This document shows positions 61,044 through 64,000 of a stretch of DNA of 64,000 bases, piece after piece; position 1 is the stretch's first letter, and every line of letters starts with the position of its first letter. This DNA is from Candidatus Hydrogenedentota bacterium (lineage in GTDB: Bacteria > Hydrogenedentota > Hydrogenedentia > Hydrogenedentales > SLHB01): positions 101,638-165,637 of the forward strand of contig BTVY01000008.1 of NCBI GenBank assembly GCA_045863335.1, read 5' to 3'. Below the pieces are notes generated by a model, which saw only the letters and a program-made list of their open reading frames with translations, made no database searches and was not told where the DNA came from. The translations under genes and the position numbers were made by a program.

Positions 61044-63872
61044 TTACTCGACTCCGAGTTGAGTTGCGCACACCTGGCAGATGCCCGGGTGCCCTGCCAC
61101 GGAACCCACAGACTCGCGCACGTGCCAACACCGCACGCACTTTTCGCCGGGAGCCCGCGACACCGTTGCGCGGACCGGTGCTCCCTCTGAATCCGTCAGT
61201 TTCGTGACGCCTTGCAGTTCGGTTTTTGAAACGATGAAAATGTCGTCGAGCTGATGCTCGTATTTCGCCAGCACGGAGGCGACAGCTTCGCTTCCCGGTT
61301 CTAACGATACCGCGGCCTGAAGGGATGACCGGATCTGGTTGGCCCTTCGCGCCTCTTCAAGCTCCTTCGAAACAACACCACGTACCCGCATAATTTCTTC
61401 CCATTCCTGGGCACGGGCCTCGGAGAGAATCCACTCGGGCCTGATTTGCTTAAACTGTTCCAAATGAACACTTTCCGAGGTTCGCAGGTGCTCCGGAAGA
61501 AACTGCCAGGCCTCGTCGGCCGTGTACGACAAAACCGGTGCCAGCAGGGTCAGCAGATCCGTCAGCGTTTCCGCGAGCACCGTCTGCCCGGCGCGGCGCT
61601 CCCGCGAATCGGTGGCAAAGGTATACAGTCTGTCCTTCAAAACGTCAAGGTAAAAGGCGCTCAAGTCCACGGCGCAGAAGTTGTGCGTCGCGTGGTAGAC
61701 GACGTGGAATTCGTAGTCGTCGTAGGCCTTAAGTACTCGTTTCTTCAGCAGTTGCAGCTTGTGCAATGCCCAGCGGTCGATGTCGAGGAGATCCTCGTAG
61801 GCCACCGCATTTTCCGCTTTGAAATCGAAGAGATTCCCCAGCATGTGGCGGAAGGTGTTGCGGAACCGCCGGTAGCTGTCCTGCAACCGGGTCAGGATCT
61901 CGTCCGAGATGCGGATGTCTTGACGATAGTTCTCGCTCGTGACCCAGAGACGCACTATGTCGGCGCCATACTTGGACAACAGATCGGGGAGGCCGACGTA
62001 GTTGCCGAGGCGCTTGGACATGGCCTTGCCTTCGCCGTCGACCACGTAGCCGTGGGTCAACACGGACTTGTAGGGCGGCGCGCCCTTGGCGGCGATGGCG
62101 GGAAGCAGCGAGGACTGGAACCAGCCGCGATGCTGATCGCTGCCTTCGAGGTACATGTCGGCGGGCCACTGCAGATCGGGCCACACTTCGCAGACCGCGC
62201 GGCTGCTGGTGCCGGAGTCGAACCACACGTCGAGGATGTCCTTCTCGTGGACGAAGTCCGTCTCGCCGGACTCCGGGCACTTCGCACCTTCCGGCACGAG
62301 TTCCGAAGCGGGCGTGTCGAACCAGCGGTCGATGCCGTCTTCAGCGGAGAGCGCGAGCTGTTCGATCTTCTTGAAGCTGGCGGCGTTCGCGTAGACCTCG
62401 CCGCTGGTCTTGCCGTAGAAGACCGGGATGGGCACGCCCCAGGCGCGCTGGCGACTGATGCACCAGTCGGGGCGCTGCTCGATCATGCCGTAGATGCGCT
62501 CTTTCCCCCACTCCGGAATCCAGCGGACCCGGTCGACGGCTTTTAAGGCCTTCTCGCGGAGTCCGTTGTGGTCCATGCTGATGAACCATTGCGGCGTGGA
62601 GCGGAAGATGATGGGGCCGCTGCAACGCCAGCAGTGGGGGTAGCTGTGCTGATAGGGACTCGTAGACAACAGCACGCCGGCGTTCTTGAGGTCTTCGACG
62701 ATGCGCTTGTTCGCGTCGAAGACCTGCAATCCCGCGTAGGGTCCGGCGTCTTTCGTGAAGACGCCGCTGTTGTCGACCGGCGAAAGCGGATCGATGCCGT
62801 ATTTCATGCCGACCACATAGTCTTCCTGGCCGTGGCCGGGCGCGGTATGCACACAGCCCGTACCGGCGTCGAGCGTGACGTGGAGCCCGAGGATGATCGG
62901 GCAGATCCGCTCCGGGAACATGATGTGCTGATAGGTCAGGCCTTCGAGATCGGCGCCTTTGAACTGGGGGCCTTTCTCGTAGTCCGTGATGCCGCTCGCT
63001 TCGAGCGCGGCGGGACCGAGGTAGCTGGCCATGATGAGCCATTCGCCATTCACCTTGTAAGCGGTGTACTCGTAATCGGGATGAACCGTGATCGCGAGGT
63101 TCGCGGGCAGGGTCCAGGGGGTCGTCGTCCAAATGACGAAATAGGCCGGGCCATCGAGACCGGGGACCTTCTTGTCGGCCTTGAACTTCACGTAGATGGA
63201 CGGCGAGGTGCGGTCCGCGTATTCGACCTCCGCTTCGGCGAGGGCCGTCTCGCAGGACGGGCACCAGTAGATCGGTTTGAGTCCGCGATAGATGGCGCCG
63301 GTCTGATAGATGTCGCCGAAGTTGCGGATGATGGTCGCCACGTAATTCGGGCTTAGCGTGAGGTAGGGGTCCCCCCACTCGCCGGTCACGCCGAGGCGTT
63401 TGAAGCCTTCGCGGTGGATGTCGACGTACTTGAGCGCGAACTCGCGGCAACGTCGGCGGATTTCGACCTGGGACATGGTCTTCGCCGCGTCGCCGAGTTC
63501 GGTGGTCACCTTGTGCTCGATGGGGAGCCCGTGGCAGTCCCACCCGGGGACGTACGGCGCGTCGAACCCGGCCATCTGTTTGGTCTTGACGACGAGGTCT
63601 TTGAGCACCTTGTTGAGGGCGTGGCCGGAATGAAGCTCGCCGTTGGCGTAGGGAGGCCCGTCGTGGAGCACGAACTTGGTCCGGCCCTTGGCGCTCTGCC
63701 GCATCTTGCCATACAAGTCCATATCGTCCCACCGCTTAAGCGTCTCCGGTTCACGCTGGGTCAGGCTCGCCCGCATGGGAAAATCGGTGGACGGCAAGTT
63801 CACCGTGTCCTTGTATTCCTTCTCGGACGCGGCGTTCTTCGTATCTTGTTTGGCTTTGGTGGTCTCGGACAC
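61044..63872 (-). CDS. ileS: Isoleucine--tRNA ligase (type 1)
   Basis: [46 protein letters not shown]-terminal zinc finger; GTG start with GGAG RBS. Confidence 0.97.
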   Translation of the reverse strand: MSETTKAKQDTKNAASEKEYKDTVNLPSTDFPMRASLTQREPETLKRWDDMDLYGKMRQSAKGRTKFVLHDGPPYANGELHSGHALNKVLKDLVVKTKQMAGFDAPYVPGWDCHGLPIEHKVTTELGDAAKTMSQVEIRRRCREFALKYVDIHREGFKRLGVTGEWGDPYLTLSPNYVATIIRNFGDIYQTGAIYRGLKPIYWCPSCETALAEAEVEYADRTSPSIYVKFKADKKVPGLDGPAYFVIWTTTPWTLPANLAITVHPDYEYTAYKVNGEWLIMASYLGPAALEASGITDYEKGPQFKGADLEGLTYQHIMFPERICPIILGLHVTLDAGTGCVHTAPGHGQEDYVVGMKYGIDPLSPVDNSGVFTKDAGPYAGLQVFDANKRIVEDLKNAGVLLSTSPYQHSYPHCWRCSGPIIFRSTPQWFISMDHNGLREKALKAVDRVRWIPEWGKERIYGMIEQRPDWCISRQRAWGVPIPVFYGKTSGEVYANAASFKKIEQLALSAEDGIDRWFDTPASELVPEGAKCPESGETDFVHEKDILDVWFDSGTSSRAVCEVWPDLQWPADMYLEGSDQHRGWFQSSLLPAIAAKGAPPYKSVLTHGYVVDGEGKAMSKRLGNYVGLPDLLSKYGADIVRLWVTSENYRQDIRISDEILTRLQDSYRRFRNTFRHMLGNLFDFKAENAVAYEDLLDIDRWALHKLQLLKKRVLKAYDDYEFHVVYHATHNFCAVDLSAFYLDVLKDRLYTFATDSRERRAGQTVLAETLTDLLTLLAPVLSYTADEAWQFLPEHLRTSESVHLEQFKQIRPEWILSEARAQEWEEIMRVRGVVSKELEEARRANQIRSSLQAAVSLEPGSEAVASVLAKYEHQLDDIFIVSKTELQGVTKLTDSEGAPVRATVSRAPGEKCVRCWHVRESVGSVAGHPGICQVCATQLGVE

Positions 63873-63946
63873 GTCGAAAGTACTCCAAATGAATGGCGGA
63901 CAATAGCACAGCATCTTCGCGAAGTTCAAGGACTTCGCGTCAGTAT

Positions 63947-64000
63947 TGTCAAGACTCGTTAGAAATGTCCTCTGGCTTAACTCGTTAGAAATGTCCTCTG
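63947..64000 (+). mobile_element. Probable insertion-sequence terminus (IS1202/ISNCY-like)
   Basis: Begins TGTCAAG, then an exact 21-bp direct repeat ACTCGTTAGAAATGTCCTCTG (63954-63974 and 63980-64000); transposase would lie outside the window. Confidence 0.6.

Noticed and set aside
63954-64000. CRISPR array
   Set aside because: Only 5 nt separate the 21-bp repeats, so there are no spacers; no cas genes

Overview
GC-rich bacterial chromosomal segment, most likely Candidatus Hydrogenedentota (inferred from the DUF1559 prepilin-like proteins carrying the 'R(M/L)RxG(V/I)ER..ITDIN.PA' motif, the fused glyQS and many secreted glycan/sulfate hydrolases). It holds about 45 genes: housekeeping (arfB, trpB2, fused glyQS, maeB, yhbY, trkA, lgt, dksA/traR-like, ileS), carbohydrate-active and secreted hydrolases, and signalling genes. 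No rRNA, tRNA or CRISPR array was recognised. Most notable: (1) a module of DUF1559 pilin-like gene, CHASE kinase, sigma54 response regulator, then a near-consensus sigma54 promoter with enhancer-like sites driving a second DUF1559 gene (a possible PilSR-like circuit for a poorly understood family); (2) a divergent pair of CbcL-like multiheme c / cytochrome b fusions with 11 and 19 CxxCH motifs, with a candidate sigma54 promoter and a nearby degenerate V4R sigma54 activator; (3) a Phd-VapC toxin-antitoxin cassette between a gene and a diverged copy of that gene's 3' end; (4) many unrelated REP-like and tandem-repeat hairpins; (5) a probable IS1202/ISNCY-type terminus at the right edge. All calls come from reading the sequence; no database searches were run.
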